Shown: positions 43,358-54,156, counted from the stretch's first letter. The stretch is 64,000 nt of DNA from an uncultured Acidobacteriota bacterium (GCA_963779415.1 CAVZYA010000002.1:1664001-1728000); one strand, 5' to 3'. Notes: generated by a model not told the origin, from the sequence alone. Program-made: numbers and translations.

Positions 43358-45241
43358 TCACCACCCGATCCCGTAGTCCTCGCCGTGGTCGCTGGAGCCG
43401 CCCCAGAGGGTGCCGTGGGCGCGGTCGATGAAGATGGCGTTGATGGGGCCGGAGGTCTTGGCGCGGACGTCGAGCCGGTAGCCCATCTTGACGAGTTCGT
43501 CGCGGACCCACGGGGGCGTCGAGGCGTGGATCATCAAGTAGCCGGGCTTCGCCTCGTGGGCGCCGAAGGAGCTGCGCATCTGCTCGCTGTTGATGTTCGC
43601 GGCCTCCGTGGCCTGCTGAACCGTCATCCCGAACTCCACGACGTTCAGGAAGAACTGGAGGAGGTTCTGGTCCTGTGAGTCGCCCCCCTGGACGGAGAAG
43701 CAGAGGTAGGGCTTCCCGTCCTTGAGCGCGAGCGTCGGCGTGAGGGTGACGCGCGGGTGCTTGCCGGGCGCAAGGACGTTGAACGGGCCGTCGGCCGGAT
43801 CGAGGACGAAGCTCTGCATCCGCTGGCTCATCCCGATTCCGGTCTTCCCGGCGATGACGGCCGGGACCCAGCCGCCGCTCGGCGTGACGGAGACGACCCA
43901 CCCTTCCGCGTCCGCCGCCTCGACGGACGTCGTCCCGGCGTAGAACTCCTCCTCGAACGTCCGGAGCGCGCGCCGGAGACGCTTCGGGCAGGCTGGCCGC
44001 TCTGGCCTTCGCGGGGCGTCGCCCCCCACCTTCTCGAGGAGGTCCGAGATACGGGTTCCTCTTTCCCTCGAAAGGATAGGGGTCGCCCGGCTTCACGTTC
44101 GGGTCGTTCTTCGCCCAGTTGATCGTGGCGGCCCGCTGTTTCGCGTACTCCTTCGAGAGGAGCCCCTTCGTCGGTTCTTCCGGTGGAAAGTAGGGGTCGC
44201 CGTAGTAGAAATCCCTGTCCGCGAACGCCAGGTTCATCGTCTGGTAGAGCGCGTGGATGTACCGGGCGCTGTCGTAGCCCATCCCCTTGAGGTCCATCCC
44301 CTCGAGGATGTTCAGGGCCTGCAGCATCGCGGGCCCCTGCGTCCAGACGTCGAGCTTGTAGACGTCGATCCCCTTGTAGGTCGTCTTCACCGGCTCCTCG
44401 ATATGGACCTTCCAGTTCGCGAGATCCTCGAGCGTGATGAGGCCGCCGACTTCCCGCGAACCGCGGACGAACTCGCGCGCGATGTCGCCGCGGTAGAAAC
44501 GGTCGTAGGCGGCGAGGATGGCCTCCTTGCGGCTCTTCCCGGCGGCGAGGGCCTGCTTCTCGGCGTCGACGAGCTTCCGGAGCGTCGCCGCGAGGTCGGG
44601 CTGCCGGAAGATCTCGCCGGCCTCCGGCGGCTTGTCGCCGGGGCGGGGGAGGAGGACGCGGCGCGAGTCGGGCCACTTCAGGAGCCAGTCGCGCTGGCGC
44701 GTCACGGTCGAGACGTGCTGCTGCTCGACCGCGTAGCCGTCGGCCATCTCGATCGCCGGCGCGAGGACGTCGGCCAGCGAGAGCTTTCCGTACTCGGCCA
44801 GCATCACCATGATCCCGCCGGGCGTCCCCGGCGTGACGGCGGCGAGCGGGCCGTACTCCGGCGGGTAGGCCATCCCTTTCGAACGGAAGAACTCCGGCGT
44901 CGCCCCCGTGGGTGCCACGCCGAGTGCGTTGATGCCGATCACCTTGCCCGTGTGCGGATTGAAGATGAGCGCCTGCGTCTCGCCCCCCCAGGAGAGGGTG
45001 TCCCACATGGTGCAGGTCGCGGCGATCATGGCGCAGGCCGCGTCGACGGCGTTGCCCCCCTTCTGGAAGATCATCGCGCCCGCCGTGGCGCCGAGAGGCT
45101 TGCCGGTGATCGCGATCCACTTCGTGGCGTGGAGCGGGGGCTTGTTCGTGGCCGCCGCGGTGACGAGGGCGAGGGCGATCGCGGCCGCGCCCGCCGCGAG
45201 GAAGAGCGCAGACGCGCGGCGTCCGGTTCCAGCGTCTTCAT
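43358..45241 (-). CDS. ggt: gamma-glutamyltransferase family protein (frameshifted)
   Basis: GGNAVDAA, TPGTPGG, AFADRDFYYGDP, GTTS nucleophile, PRVTLTP, GGDSQDQ; RBS GAAGGAG before ATG 45241. Confidence 0.88.
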
Positions 45242-45413
45242 CCGAGTCTCCTTCGGGAGGGCGGCCCTCCCCGGATACGGCTCAGCCTACAACGGCAGCG
45301 TGAAGCCTTCCCATCTGAGTCTCGCTATCGACGGACAACGTCGCTCTCGTACAATTCTCTTTGAGAATATTCGCAGGTGAATGCGCGATTCCGGACTACG
45401 GGCAGTACTGGAT

Positions 45414-46289
45414 TCAGAGTTGGACCGCACCGTTGAAGCGTTCGACGGTAATGGACGAGCCTTGAGACAGGAAGCGTCTAAGGCGAACCTGCCCTATCCG
45501 GCCTTCAGTGGCTTTGCGAGAACGAAGCACTTTTCTCATCGTTAGCTCGACCGCCGGCCTTCTCCGCCTCGGGATCCCGGGCTCGACCGGTGCGGTGCTG
45601 TAGAGTTCAGATGAGAGCCCCTTAATCCGGCCAACGTCGATTGGCGTCGGCAGCGGGACGCGTCCTCTCCTGAAGGGTGCGAGAGCCACCGGTGGCATGG
45701 TGACAAGAAGATCTGTCCAGGTACTCGCATGGTGGGCAGTCTCAGAGCCGTGGTGTGGGACCTTAAGAGCGGTAGCTCGGACCGATGGCCTATTGACATC
45801 AGAAGCAATTGCGCTCCATCCAGTCGACGATTCCTCTAGATCGGATCCAAGGAGCACAAGTCCCTCCTTTCCATGAACCAGAAGCAACACCACGGCGGAG
45901 TGGTTCGCACTGCGATCGACTATCTGACGACGCACGCAGGGCACCTTGGGAACGAGAGCCGCAATTTCCCTGACCGCTCGTACTTTGGCCAGCGACGAGG
46001 GACTCAAGGCCCATAGTTCGGCTTCCCCGCACCGATGCAGGACCTGGTCGGCTGACACCGGTAGAAGTCGCTGATTTGGAAGACCAAACACCCTGGCGAA
46101 CTCTGAAAGATGGTTCACTTCGCGCGGTTCATCCTCTGCCAGCGCCACGAGAGTCAAGAATTCGCGGCTCTGAAAACAGTCCGAAAACGCTATTCGGGCC
46201 GCGGGGCATGCGTCTGCCAGGGCTGAGAGTCCTCGCACGTGATCTTCATGCCAGTGAGAGGCAACAATCAACTTTACGGCCGACGTCAC
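45414..46289 (-). pseudogene. ComEC/Rec2-like MBL-fold hydrolase with disrupted N-terminus, in a low-GC segment
   Basis: SHWHEDH, NHSAVV, LLGSDLE, KVPHHGS; reading frame broken just upstream; visibly more AT-rich than the flanks. Confidence 0.7.
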
Positions 46290-46843
46290 GTCAGCCGAGT
46301 CCCGGCGGTGCGAGGTCGACTGTGATCGATGATGACCTCGCGCCCCGGTTCTTCTGCGAGGCTCAGATGAGTCGTAGCCATGTCCGAATCAGGAGGCGAT
46401 CCGGGGGCATTCCATCCTCTCGGTGCCGGATTAGTCGAGTCTTCAGAACGAATGTCAGCGAGCGCTCGAAGGACATCTCCTTCCGCAGTACGGCCTGGAC
46501 AGTTTTCCAGACCCGATGGCGAGGGGCCTGAATGTGGAGGCTGAGGTGCGCGCTGGACTGAAAGACGGGGGTAGATCGCGCGGAGTTGGATCCGGGGAAT
46601 TCGATGCAAGTTCGGCGGGCCGGAAGGTCCGAGACGAGATCCGAGTCCGGCGGCGACCGAGAAGCACCGCCCGGGCTCTTGTGCGGATACCTGGAATTGC
46701 AGAGGGCCTGACGACGGGCTCGGTACCCGCAAGTGCAAGAATCAGGCCGACGTAGAAGGATCAAATCTCCCAGGGACGCTCCGATCGACGAAATACTAGA
46801 CCGTCTTTTTGGAAGGCTGCGCCGGTCGATTCTAGGAATCGCG

Positions 46844-49225
46844 CTACGCCAGGACGCGGCGTGCGCGTCGCGTCCGCGGCGGAAGAGGGCGACGAGGCCA
46901 CCCGCCATCAGGACGTAGAAGCCGCCCCAGACGAGGGAGATGAGCGGCTTGAACGTCACGTCGACGGAGAAGCTCTCCGGCGTGGGGGGCTTGAGGTCGC
47001 CGCCCGGGGAGAGGCCGAGGACCTCGATCTCCATGGCGCCGTCGCTCCCGCTCGACGCGGGAGATCCGGAACCGCCCGTTCGGAACCCCCGGGATCGGAA
47101 CCTCGGGGGCCTGCTGCATCGCTTCCTCTCCTTCGCCGGAGAGGAACATGACGAGCTTGGCCGTCTCCTCCGTCGTCTTCCCGCCGCTCTCGACGAGAAA
47201 CTTCGCGTTCATCGTGACGCTCGGGGGATTCGCGTTCATCTGCGAGCGGTCCATGAAGAACCCCTTCGAGGTGAAGGCGACGCCACCGAGGGTCTTCCGC
47301 TCCTCCGGCCGGATCGGGATCTTCGTCCCCTCGATCCGCGAGGGGGAGCCCGGGTCGTACGACTGCGGGGAGAGATAGAGGTCGGCGAGCGGCGTCGAGC
47401 GGACGTCCGGGTTCGCCATGAGCTGGCGGGTCCGCTCGTTCTCGTACATCTTCGGGTAGGCCTTCCAGATCTTTCCTCCCCCCACGGCCACTTCCACCTC
47501 CATCGCCTGCTTGGCACGGCGGTCGGCGAGGATCGCGGGGTCGAGGTCCGTCCGCTGCTTCACGGCGCCGTCCTCGTTCATGAAGACGGTCCGCGTGAAG
47601 GTCATCGTGCGGCTCCCGACGACGGTCGGCGTCCCACGGACGAGCGTCACCTGCATCTTCCGCTCGTAGGCCCCCGAGATCAGGATCCCGACGAGCATGA
47701 TCGAGACCCCCACGTGGGCGAGATAGCCACCGACGGAGGCGACGACCTTCCTCCGGACGAAGAGGATTACGCTCTCGACGTTCGCCGCGAGGCCGAAGAC
47801 GGCAAATCCGATGAGGGCGAGATCGCCGACCCCGCGGACCCCCGCGGAGAAGGCGACGCCGGCGCCGAAGAGGCCGATGGCGAAAGCCGTGACGGCCTTT
47901 CGCGCGACGGAGCTTCCCGTCTCGCCGCGCCACGAGAGGTAGGGGACGAGCGCGATCAGGAGGCCGATCAGGATCGCCACGGGGACGTGCGTGATGTTGT
48001 AGAAGCTCGTCGCCACCTGGGAAGGCTTCGAGACGAGCCCGGTCAGGATGGGGGCGGAGGTGCCCAGAAGGATGACGGTCGCCGAGGCGCAGACGAGGGC
48101 GACCGAGAGGATGAAGAGGACCGAGCGCGAGAAGAAGAGCTCCTCCCGCTCCTTCCCGGTGGCCGGGTCGATCTCGGAGACGACGGGGATCTGCTTCCAG
48201 CGCCAGGCGAGAAGGGCGAGGCCGCCGGCGAGGAAACAGATGATGATGACCCCGAGCAGGTTCTTCAGGCCCGACTCGACGAAGGAATGGACCGAGAAGT
48301 CCTGAAGGACGCCCGACCGCGTCAGGAACGTGCCGTAGAGGATGCAGGAGTAGGTGAGGATGGCGAGGAGGATGTTGATCTTCCGGTGCTTCTCGCGCGT
48401 CCGCTGCAGGTACATCCCGTGCAGGAGGGCGACGGTGAAGAGCCACGGCACGAGGGAGGTGTTCTCGACGGGGTCCCACGCCCAGTAGCCGCCCCACCCG
48501 AGCGTCTTGTAGGCCCAGTAGCCCCCCATGAGGATCGCGGTGCCGAGCGTGACGAAGGTGAAGAGTGCCCACGGCATCGCGCGGACGACCCAGCCGTCCC
48601 ACCGCTTCGTCCAGAGGGCGCCGATCGCGAAGGCGAACGGCACCGAGAGAGACGCGAACCCCGCGAACATCACCGGCGGGTGGATCACCATCCACGGGTC
48701 CTGGAGGAGGGGATTCAGCCCCTGGCCGTCGGCCGGGATCTGCTCGAGGAACCGGAAGGGGGGCTGCTTGACGAGGATCACGACGATGGCGACGAACGAC
48801 AGGACGTAGACCGCCATGACGGGGGCTTCCTGCTCCTTCGCCGTCGCCAGGACGAAGAAGCCGATGATCGCGCCCCAGAAGAGCCAGAGCATGAAGGAGC
48901 CTTCCTGCCCGGCCCAGAACGTGGAGAAGAGGTAGGAGAACGGAAGGTCGCGCCCCGAGTAGGCCGCCACGTACGTGACGCGGAAATCGTGCGAGAGGAG
49001 GAGACCCATCAGAAGGAGGCAGGCGAGGAGGATCGACCCGGCGAAGGCCGCGTAGAGCCGCCGGGCGAACCCGGTCCAGGCGGCCGCCTCGGCCGCCTGG
49101 CCGCCCGCGGACTGGAGGGAGAGGACGCGGACGTAGGTCGCGATCGTCGCGAGCCCGAAAAGAAGCGCCGCCCAGATGGCGGCGGTGCCGGGGGCGAATC
49201 CGATGGAGCGGATCGTGTCGCTCAT
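46844..49225 (-). CDS. ccmF: cytochrome c heme lyase CcmF (C-terminal frameshift)
   Basis: WAGQEGS, GLNPLLQDPWMVIHPP, LGWGGYWAWDPVEN, TRSG..SVHSF. Confidence 0.92.
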   Translation of the reverse strand: MSDTIRSIGFAPGTAAIWAALLFGLATIATYVRVLSLQSAGGQAAEAAAWTGFARRLYAAFAGSILLACLLLMGLLLSHDFRVTYVAAYSGRDLPFSYLFSTFWAGQEGSFMLWLFWGAIIGFFVLATAKEQEAPVMAVYVLSFVAIVVILVKQPPFRFLEQIPADGQGLNPLLQDPWMVIHPPVMFAGFASLSVPFAFAIGALWTKRWDGWVVRAMPWALFTFVTLGTAILMGGYWAYKTLGWGGYWAWDPVENTSLVPWLFTVALLHGMYLQRTREKHRKINILLAILTYSCILYGTFLTRSGVLQDFSVHSFVESGLKNLLGVIIICFLAGGLALLAWRWKQIPVVSEIDPATGKEREELFFSRSVLFILSVALVCASATVILLGTSAPILTGLVSKPSQVATSFYNITHVPVAILIGLLIALVPYLSWRGETGSSVARKAVTAFAIGLFGAGVAFSAGVRGVGDLALIGFAVFGLAANVESVILFVRRKVVASVGGYLAHVGVSIMLVGILISGAYERKMQVTLVRGTPTVVGSRTMTFTRTVFMNEDGAVKQRTDLDPAILADRRAKQAMEVEVAVGGGKIWKAYPKMYENERTRQLMANPDVRSTPLADLYLSPQSYDPGSPSRIEGTKIPIRPEERKTLGGVAFTSKGFFMDRSQMNANPPSVTMNAKFLVESGGKTTEETAKLVMFLSGEGEEAMQQAPEVPIPGVPNGRFRISRVERERRRHGDRGPRPLPGRRPQAPHAGELLRRRDVQAAHLPRLGRLLRPDGGWPRRPLPPRTRRARRVLA

Positions 49226-49235
49226 TTTCCTCCCG

Positions 49236-49630
49236 TCACGCCTTCTTTCCGTACTGCGTTCGGCCTCTTGCCCCTGGTACTTCGACGGGCACTTCACGAG
49301 GAGCTTCTCGGCCTGGAAGGCGCCGTTCTGGTAGCGGCCGATCGCCACGATGGAGACCGCCTCCTCGAAGTTGGCCGGCTTGACGTCACGGTACGCGACC
49401 GGGAGGGCGACGTTGGTCTTCACGTCGAGGAGCGTGAAATGGAGCGTCTTCGACTCGATGTCGTAGCGCGAGGTTCCCTTCTCGAGCGCCCCCATCACCT
49501 GCACCGTCCGCTGCGAAGCGCGCGCCTCGTCGAACGAGACGTACGGCGTCATCGACCTCGTGAAGGTCGTGAGGCCGAGGGCGAGGAAGGCGAGGACGAC
49601 GACGGCGCCGATCCCGTATGCCTTTTTCAT
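49236..49630 (-). CDS. ccmE: heme chaperone CcmE, CxxxY type (indel near the 3' end)
   Basis: N-terminal TM, YRDVKPANF, LLVKCPSKY. Confidence 0.88.
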
Positions 49631-49782
49631 GGACGATCTTCCCCCGTACGAGCGGCGGACGCGGCGCGGATCTTTCGGTCCAGGTAGAGGAGGTAGAGAA
49701 AGAGGCCGGCCCAGATGATCAGGTTGACGCCCATCACGTAGAAGAGGGCGCCCTGCGCCGGGGCCGGGGCGGATGGATTCAT
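49627..49782 (-). CDS. ccmD: CcmD family small membrane protein
   Basis: VMGVNLIIWAGLFLYLLYLDRKIR between ccmC and ccmE. Confidence 0.8.
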   Translation of the reverse strand: MNPSAPAPAQGALFYVMGVNLIIWAGLFLYLLYLDRKIRAASAARTGEDRP

Positions 49783-50433
49783 GAATGGGCCTCCCGGAGA
49801 ATGCGGGTCACCTTCCGGTCGAGCGCCCAGAGCCAGACGAAGAGGCAGACGAAGGCGAGGCTCGACGAGAAGAAGACGGTCCGGATGTCCGAAGACATCT
49901 CGACCTTGCCGCGGGCATTGAGAACGGTGTCGGGGTGGAGCGAGGCGTACATCCGCGGCACGGCGAACATGAGGAACGGCACCGTGACGAACGCGACGAG
50001 GGCGTAGGCGGAAGAGAGCGTCGCCCGTCGCTCGGGGTCCTCGATCGAGCCGCGAAGCCCGAGATAGGCCCCGTAGACGAGAAGGAGGAGCGCGATCGAC
50101 GTCTCGCGCGGGTCCCAGTTCCAGTAGGCGTTCCACATCACCCTCGCGAAGATCGACCCGGTGACCGTCGCGAGAACGCAGAAGACGAAGCCGAGCCGTG
50201 CCGCGGCGGACGGCGGCGTCGTCGCTCTCCATCCGCCGCTTCCGGAGATAGACCGCCGAGTGCCAGGCCGCGAGGAAGAAGGCGATCGAGGCGACCCACG
50301 CCATCGGCACGTGGTAGAAGACGATGCGCGAGGATTCCCCGACGAAGTTCTGCGCGGGGCGGGCCCAGAGGAACGAGGCCCAGATGATGACGGCCATCGC
50401 GAGGCCGAGGACCCACTGACTGACACGTATCAC
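49779..50433 (-). CDS. ccmC: heme exporter CcmC (frameshift near 50210)
   Basis: RIVFYHVPMAW, WNAYWNWDPRET, SLHP. Confidence 0.9.
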
Positions 50434-50517
50434 GCCCGGCAACCCCTCACCGGCCGATATTAGCCCGGTCCGGGCGAGCCTGTCCGTAGAGCGGTTGATT
50501 CATTGACCCGGAAAGGG

Positions 50518-51219
50518 TTACTCCCGCCAGACGGCGTCGAACATCAGGAAGGCGGCCGTCGTCACCACGCCGTCGTAGGCCACGAGGAGGCGGACGAAAT
50601 CGAGCCCGGAGGCGAGATCCGTCTCCGTAGCGGCGACCCGCGTCCCGAGGACGGCGCCGACGAGGGGCGGGAGGAGGAGCGGAACCGCGAGAACGGCGAA
50701 CATCGTCCCCTTGGCCGAGGCCTTCGAGACGATCGCCGCGGTGAAAGTGCAGGCCGAGGCGAGGCCGATGTTCCCGAAAACGAGGAGGAGGAAGAAGAGG
50801 AGCGGGCTCTGGATCTGGAAGGACATCATCGCGAGGAAGAGCGGCACGACGAAGAGGGTCACGGCGAAGAGGAGCGCGAGGTTCGCGAGGAGCTTCCCGA
50901 GGAGGACCGCTGCCGGCGGGGCGGCGAGCCGGAGGGCCGCCGCCGTCCCGGCGTCCTCCTCCTTGACGAAGACGCGGGAGAGCCCCGTCATCGCCGAGAA
51001 GAAGAGGACGATCCAGAGGAGGACGGCGTTCACGGTGGGACGGTCCTCCGGCGAGAGCGTCGCGGGGCCGACCGCGTAGCCGACGAGGACGAGGACGGCG
51101 AAGGCGAAGAGGAGGAGCGCGTTCGTCGAGACGCGAGTCCGCCACTCGGAGAGGAGGTCCTTCAGGAAGAGGGCGCGCGCGGCGCCGAAGACCCCGGGGC
51201 GAAGGGCGCTCCCGCTCAC
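50518..51219 (-). CDS. ccmB: heme exporter CcmB
   Basis: KDLLSEWRTR, FVKEEDAGT, LLGK, VLAVPLLLP. Confidence 0.9.
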   Translation of the reverse strand: MSGSALRPGVFGAARALFLKDLLSEWRTRVSTNALLLFAFAVLVLVGYAVGPATLSPEDRPTVNAVLLWIVLFFSAMTGLSRVFVKEEDAGTAAALRLAAPPAAVLLGKLLANLALLFAVTLFVVPLFLAMMSFQIQSPLLFFLLLVFGNIGLASACTFTAAIVSKASAKGTMFAVLAVPLLLPPLVGAVLGTRVAATETDLASGLDFVRLLVAYDGVVTTAAFLMFDAVWRE

Positions 51220-51830
51220 AGCGTCACCCGCTCGGTCGCGAGGGCGAGGTCGCCCGGGTCGTTCGAGGCGACGACGACGACCCCCCGGGCCCGCTGGGCC
51301 GCGACGACGCTCGCGACGACGGCGCGCCCGGCCTCGTCGAGGTTCGAGCTCGGCTCGTCGAGAAAGAGGACGGCGGGCTCGTGGAGCGTCGCGTAGACGA
51401 GCTTCACGCGCTGGCGCTGTCCGGTCGAGAGGGCGCGGAGGGGCGTCGCGGCGATCCGCTTCGGGTCGAGACCGACCCCTTCGATCGCGGCGTCCGCCCA
51501 GTCGCTCCCGGAGGGGCGGCCGTGGAGGCGGGCGAAGAAGCGGAGGTTCTCCGAGGCCGTCAGCTCGCCGTAGAGCGAAAGGTCGGGGGCGACCCAGCCG
51601 ATCGACTCCGAGGCGTCGCGCGGGGCGCGCCGCGTCCCCCCTTCTTCGACGAAGACGGCGCCGGTCGAGGGGCGGAGAAGGCCTGCCAGCATCTTGACGA
51701 GCGTCGTCTTCCCGCTTCCGTTCGGGCCCGCGACGCCGAGGACGCTCCCCGGCGCGACCCGAAAGGAGAGCGGGCCGACGATCCGGCGGCGGCCGAAGGA
51801 GCGGGTCAGGTTCTCGGCGACGAGGTCCAC
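51216..51830 (-). CDS. ccmA: heme ABC exporter ATPase CcmA
   Basis: GPNGSGKTT, LYGELTASENL, LSTGQRQR, LDEPSSNLD. Confidence 0.9.
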   Translation of the reverse strand: MDLVAENLTRSFGRRRIVGPLSFRVAPGSVLGVAGPNGSGKTTLVKMLAGLLRPSTGAVFVEEGGTRRAPRDASESIGWVAPDLSLYGELTASENLRFFARLHGRPSGSDWADAAIEGVGLDPKRIAATPLRALSTGQRQRVKLVYATLHEPAVLFLDEPSSNLDEAGRAVVASVVAAQRARGVVVVASNDPGDLALATERVTL

Positions 51831-51877
51831 GCGACTCGCGGAGGATACCGAACGCGGCGGTCATAATCCGCGGAGCG

Positions 51878-52564
51878 GTGAGAACGCGCCTCCTGGGGTT
51901 CCTTCTTTTCGTCTTCGTCCTCCTCTGGCGGGCGACGCTCCGGATCCGCGTCGTCGGGGAGGAGCGGCGGGCGGCCGTCTCGGCGGAAGGGGTCCCGATC
52001 CTCCACGTCCTCTGGCATCAGCGGATGGTGTTGGGGATCCTCTCGAACAGGTTACCGGGCGTCCTGACGATGGCCTCGCGAAGCTCCGACGGCGAGGTGA
52101 TCGCCGAGTTCCTCCGGTTCTGGGGCTATCGCGTCGTCCGCGGCTCGTCGTCGCGCGGAGGGACGGAGGCGATGCGCGACATGATCCGGGAGGGACGCCT
52201 CGGCAGGCGCTGGACGGCCCTGACGACGGACGGTCCGCGCGGCCCCGCGCGGCGGTCGAAGGGGGGCGTCCTGACCTTCGCGGAGGCCATCGGAGCGGTG
52301 GTCCTGCCGGTCGGAACCTCCTCGGCATGGCCGAAATTTCTCCGCTCGTGGGACAACTTCCTCGTCCCGCTCCCGTTCTCCCGCTGCGCCTGCGTCTACG
52401 GCGAACCTCTCCGGCGGGAGCCGAAGGAGCCGGACGAGGCCTTTCTCGCGCGGCTCGACCGGGCCATCGACTCCGCGACGGAAGAGGCCGACCGGATCTG
52501 CGGCGTGACCGGGGCCCCTCGCGGACGCGACGTGCCGACGAAAGGGGAGGCCGATGACGCCTGA
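51878..52564 (+). CDS. DUF374 / lysophospholipid acyltransferase family protein
   Basis: LWHQR, SRSSDGE, RGSSSRGG, DGPRGP, SWDNF..PLPF. Confidence 0.85.
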   Translation: MRTRLLGFLLFVFVLLWRATLRIRVVGEERRAAVSAEGVPILHVLWHQRMVLGILSNRLPGVLTMASRSSDGEVIAEFLRFWGYRVVRGSSSRGGTEAMRDMIREGRLGRRWTALTTDGPRGPARRSKGGVLTFAEAIGAVVLPVGTSSAWPKFLRSWDNFLVPLPFSRCACVYGEPLRREPKEPDEAFLARLDRAIDSATEEADRICGVTGAPRGRDVPTKGEADDA

Positions 52565-53537
52565 CCGCCTGACGGTGTCGCCCGAGGACGTCCGCGCCGC
52601 CCGGCAAAGGATCGCGCCCTACGTCCACCGGACGCCGGTCGTGACCTCCCGGACGATCGACGAGCGGGTCGGGGCGCGTCTCTTCTTCAAGTGCGAGACG
52701 TTCCAGAAGGTCGGGGCGTTCAAGGCGCGCGGGGCCTTCTCGCGGCTGCTCCTCCTTTCGCCTGACGAACGGAAGCGCGGCGTGGTGGCTTTCTCGTCGG
52801 GGAACCACGCGCAGGCCGTCGCCCTCGCTGCTCGGACGCTCGGCGTCCCGGCCACGATCATCATGCCTTCGGACGCGCCGGCGCTGAAGCTCGCGGCGAC
52901 GAGGGGCTACGGCGCGGAAGTTCTTCTCTACGACCGGCGCGAGGAGAGCCGCGAGGCGATCGCCAGGCGACTCGTCGAGGAGCGGGGCGCGCTCCTCGTC
53001 CCTCCATTCGACGACGATGCCGTCATCGCGGGACAGGGGACGCTGGCGCTCGAGCTGCTCGAGGACGCCCCCGGCCTCGACGTCATCGTGACCCCGTGCG
53101 GCGGGGCGGGGCTCCTCTCGGGCGTGGCCGTCGCCGCGAAGGGGGTGGACGAGGCGATCCGGCTCTTCGGCGTCGAGCCCGAGGAAGGGGACGACGTCCG
53201 GCGGTCCGTCGCGGCGGGAACGCCCGTCTCGATCCCCGTTCCGCGGACGATCGCCGACTCTCTCCAGACGACGCGCCCGGCCGAGCGGACGCTCCGGATC
53301 GTCCGCGCCCTCGTCGAGGAGGTCGTGACGGTCGCGGACGACGACCTTCGGCTCGCGATGGCGGTGGCGGCCGTACGCCTGAAGCTCGTCGTCGAGCCCG
53401 GCGGCGCGGCCGGCTTCGCCGCGATCCTCGCGGGGAAGATCCCGGCGATCGCCGGAAAGCGAGTCGGCATCGTCCTCTCGGGCGGCAACGTCGACCCGGA
53501 GCTCTTCGGGCGGCTCGTCGCCGGAACGCCCGTCTAG
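52554..53537 (+). CDS. PLP-dependent serine/threonine dehydratase (serine racemase-like)
   Basis: KCETFQKVGAFKARGA, SSGNHAQ, GQGT, LSGGNVD. Confidence 0.9.
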   Translation: MTPDRLTVSPEDVRAARQRIAPYVHRTPVVTSRTIDERVGARLFFKCETFQKVGAFKARGAFSRLLLLSPDERKRGVVAFSSGNHAQAVALAARTLGVPATIIMPSDAPALKLAATRGYGAEVLLYDRREESREAIARRLVEERGALLVPPFDDDAVIAGQGTLALELLEDAPGLDVIVTPCGGAGLLSGVAVAAKGVDEAIRLFGVEPEEGDDVRRSVAAGTPVSIPVPRTIADSLQTTRPAERTLRIVRALVEEVVTVADDDLRLAMAVAAVRLKLVVEPGGAAGFAAILAGKIPAIAGKRVGIVLSGGNVDPELFGRLVAGTPV

Positions 53538-54109
53538 AAGTAGACGTCGATGCCGGCGCCGACCTGTCCGCTCCGGGAGCTCATCCCGATCGCATTGACC
53601 GCGTCGATGTCCAGAAAGACGTAGCGCCCGTCGAGGCGGAGGGAGACGGTGCGCGAGATGCGGAAGTCGACACCGGCTCCGGCGTGGAGGGCGAACTTGT
53701 TCTCGATCGTCCGGCCCTGGGGCTCGAGCGGCCCCTCGCCGGTGCACCAGACCCGGTAGTAGCCGATCCCGCCGAGGAGGTAGGGCTGGACGCGGAGGTT
53801 CGGGAGGAGGTAGGCGAGAAGGGAGAGCTGCACCGGGATCTGCTGGACTCGAAGGACCGGCGTCCCGGCTTCGTCGTACGTGTCGATCCGGTGCCCGATG
53901 AAGAGCTCGAGGCCGAAGACCCCCGTCAGACGCGTGATCCCGAGCGCGCCTCCGACGAAGGTGGTCCCGGAGCCTCCCGCCGTCCGTGTCGCGGCGCCGA
54001 GAAGTCCGGCGCCGATTCCGGGGTCGGCGAACGGCTGCCCCGCCGCGGGGAGGGGCACGAAGAGCGCTCCGAGAACCGAAGCGAAGGCAAGAACCCGGAT
54101 CGACCGCAT
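53534..54109 (-). CDS. outer-membrane beta-barrel protein
   Basis: signal peptide, QPYLLGGIGYY, GAGVDF, C-terminal aromatic VYF. Confidence 0.75.
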   Translation of the reverse strand: MRSIRVLAFASVLGALFVPLPAAGQPFADPGIGAGLLGAATRTAGGSGTTFVGGALGITRLTGVFGLELFIGHRIDTYDEAGTPVLRVQQIPVQLSLLAYLLPNLRVQPYLLGGIGYYRVWCTGEGPLEPQGRTIENKFALHAGAGVDFRISRTVSLRLDGRYVFLDIDAVNAIGMSSRSGQVGAGIDVYF

Positions 54110-54156
54110 GGCGCGGGGCGAGTCTACGGGGAAATGGCCGATAATCGTCTCCTTCG

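Noticed and set aside
46844-49630. Apparent 928-aa CcmE-CcmF fusion
   Set aside because: One added base near 49258 gives CcmE a stop at 49236, and CcmF has its own RBS (GGGAGG) and ATG at 49225
50447-50503. 18-codon ORF and TTGAT half-site between ccmB and ccmC
   Set aside because: No RBS or coding signal, and it does not form a TTGAT-N4-ATCAA FNR box; probably promoter or spacer DNA
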